DNA of 64,000 nucleotides, from assembly GCA_013265495.1 (NCBI GenBank), contig MU058213.1, positions 6,221,149 to 6,285,148 of the forward strand. Direction: 5' to 3'. Positions 63,355 through 64,000 of this stretch are shown here, piece by piece (position 1 is the stretch's first letter; every line of letters begins with the position of its first letter). Source of the DNA: Vicugna vicugna. Its lineage: Eukaryota. The translations under genes were made by a program, and so were the position numbers. The notes beneath the pieces are model-generated. The model saw only the letters and a program-made list of their open reading frames with translations. It did no database searches and had not been told where the DNA came from.

Positions 63355-64000
63355 TTAGGATGAAATGATATGAGACGTAGGATTTGCTTCAAAATAAACC
63401 AAGGGAAGGTGAGAATAGAGAAAAATAAGACTGGAAAAATTACATGCCAAAAAATTAAGACAACCTAGGAGAAACACATGAATTCCTATAAACATACAAT
63501 CTACCATGGCTGAATCAAGGAAAAATAGAAAATTTGAACAGGCCAATTACTAGTAAGGAGACTAAATCAGTAATCCAAAAACTCCCCACAAAGAAAAGTC
63601 CAAGACCAGATGGCTTTACCGGTGAATTCTACCAAACGTTTAAGGAAGAATTAATACCAATCCTCTCAAATACTTCTCAAAAATAGAAAAGGGAGGAACA
63701 CTTCCAAACTCATTTTACAAGGCCAGCATTACCCTAATACCAAAACCAGACAAGAACACAACAAGGAAATTATAGTGCAATATCCCTGATGAACATAGAT
63801 GCAAAAACCCTCAACAAAATGCTAGCAAACCGAGTTCAATAATACAGTAAAAGGATCATACACCGCGAGCAAGTGGGATTTATTCCAGGGATGCATGAAT
63901 AGCTCGACATCTGCACATCAATCAATGTGATGCATCACATTAGCAAAACAGAGGAAATAAGATTGGCTGTGAGCTGTCAGTCGTTGAAGTTGGGGGATGA
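63355..64000 (+). mobile_element. Old L1ME-type 3'UTR fragment split by a younger L1 insertion
   Basis: GGATGAAATGATATGA...GGATTTGCTTCAAAATAA...AAATAAGACTGG [insert] AAATAAGATTGGCTGTGAGCTG...GTTGAAGTTGGG resembles L1ME 3' ends. Confidence 0.65.
63435..63954 (+). mobile_element. Internal L1 ORF2 fragment (approach to and start of the RT domain), decayed
   Basis: Translates to [58 protein letters not shown] and KRIIHREQVGFIPGM, with frameshifts. Confidence 0.95.

Noticed and set aside
63435..63954. Functional reverse transcriptase gene
   Set aside because: A short frameshifted L1 ORF2 fragment that ends before the catalytic core.
1..64000. CRISPR arrays, operons, rRNA or other prokaryote-type systems
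   Set aside because: No regularly spaced repeats, long ORFs or rRNA-like sequence; the window is clearly mammalian repeat-rich non-coding DNA.

Overview
Mammalian non-coding genomic DNA, almost certainly from a camelid (alpaca/vicuna/llama/camel). The evidence is seven copies of the tRNA-Ala-derived Vic-1-type SINE, together with cetartiodactyl-type L1 3' ends and a MER41-like ERV1 solo LTR. I could not recognise any host protein-coding exon. The supplied ORFs look like chance frames or repeat-derived frames, so the window is most likely part of a large intron or a gene-flanking regulatory region. It contains ancient repeats (MIR, L2, L1M/L1MC, MER2, MER5, MER20, MER46-like, MER58, MER102-like, Tigger2-derived, MLT1) and younger L1/SINE insertions, separated by unique DNA with several transcription-factor motif clusters. 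I do not see a convincing new biological system. The most interesting observations are: (i) an apparent L1 3' transduction at ~51.4-51.6 kb; (ii) a tail-less, internally primed L1 ORF2 insertion with a target-site duplication (TSD) at ~63.4-64.0 kb; (iii) a candidate minus-strand promoter/first exon with two identical splice donors at ~33.0 kb; (iv) a MER41-like LTR with degenerate GAS sites but an exact AICE2 motif; and (v) a dense RUNX/PU.1/ETS/MiT motif cluster at ~17.5 kb. Repeat family names come from my recollection of consensus sequences, not from a database search, and the boundaries of old repeats are approximate.
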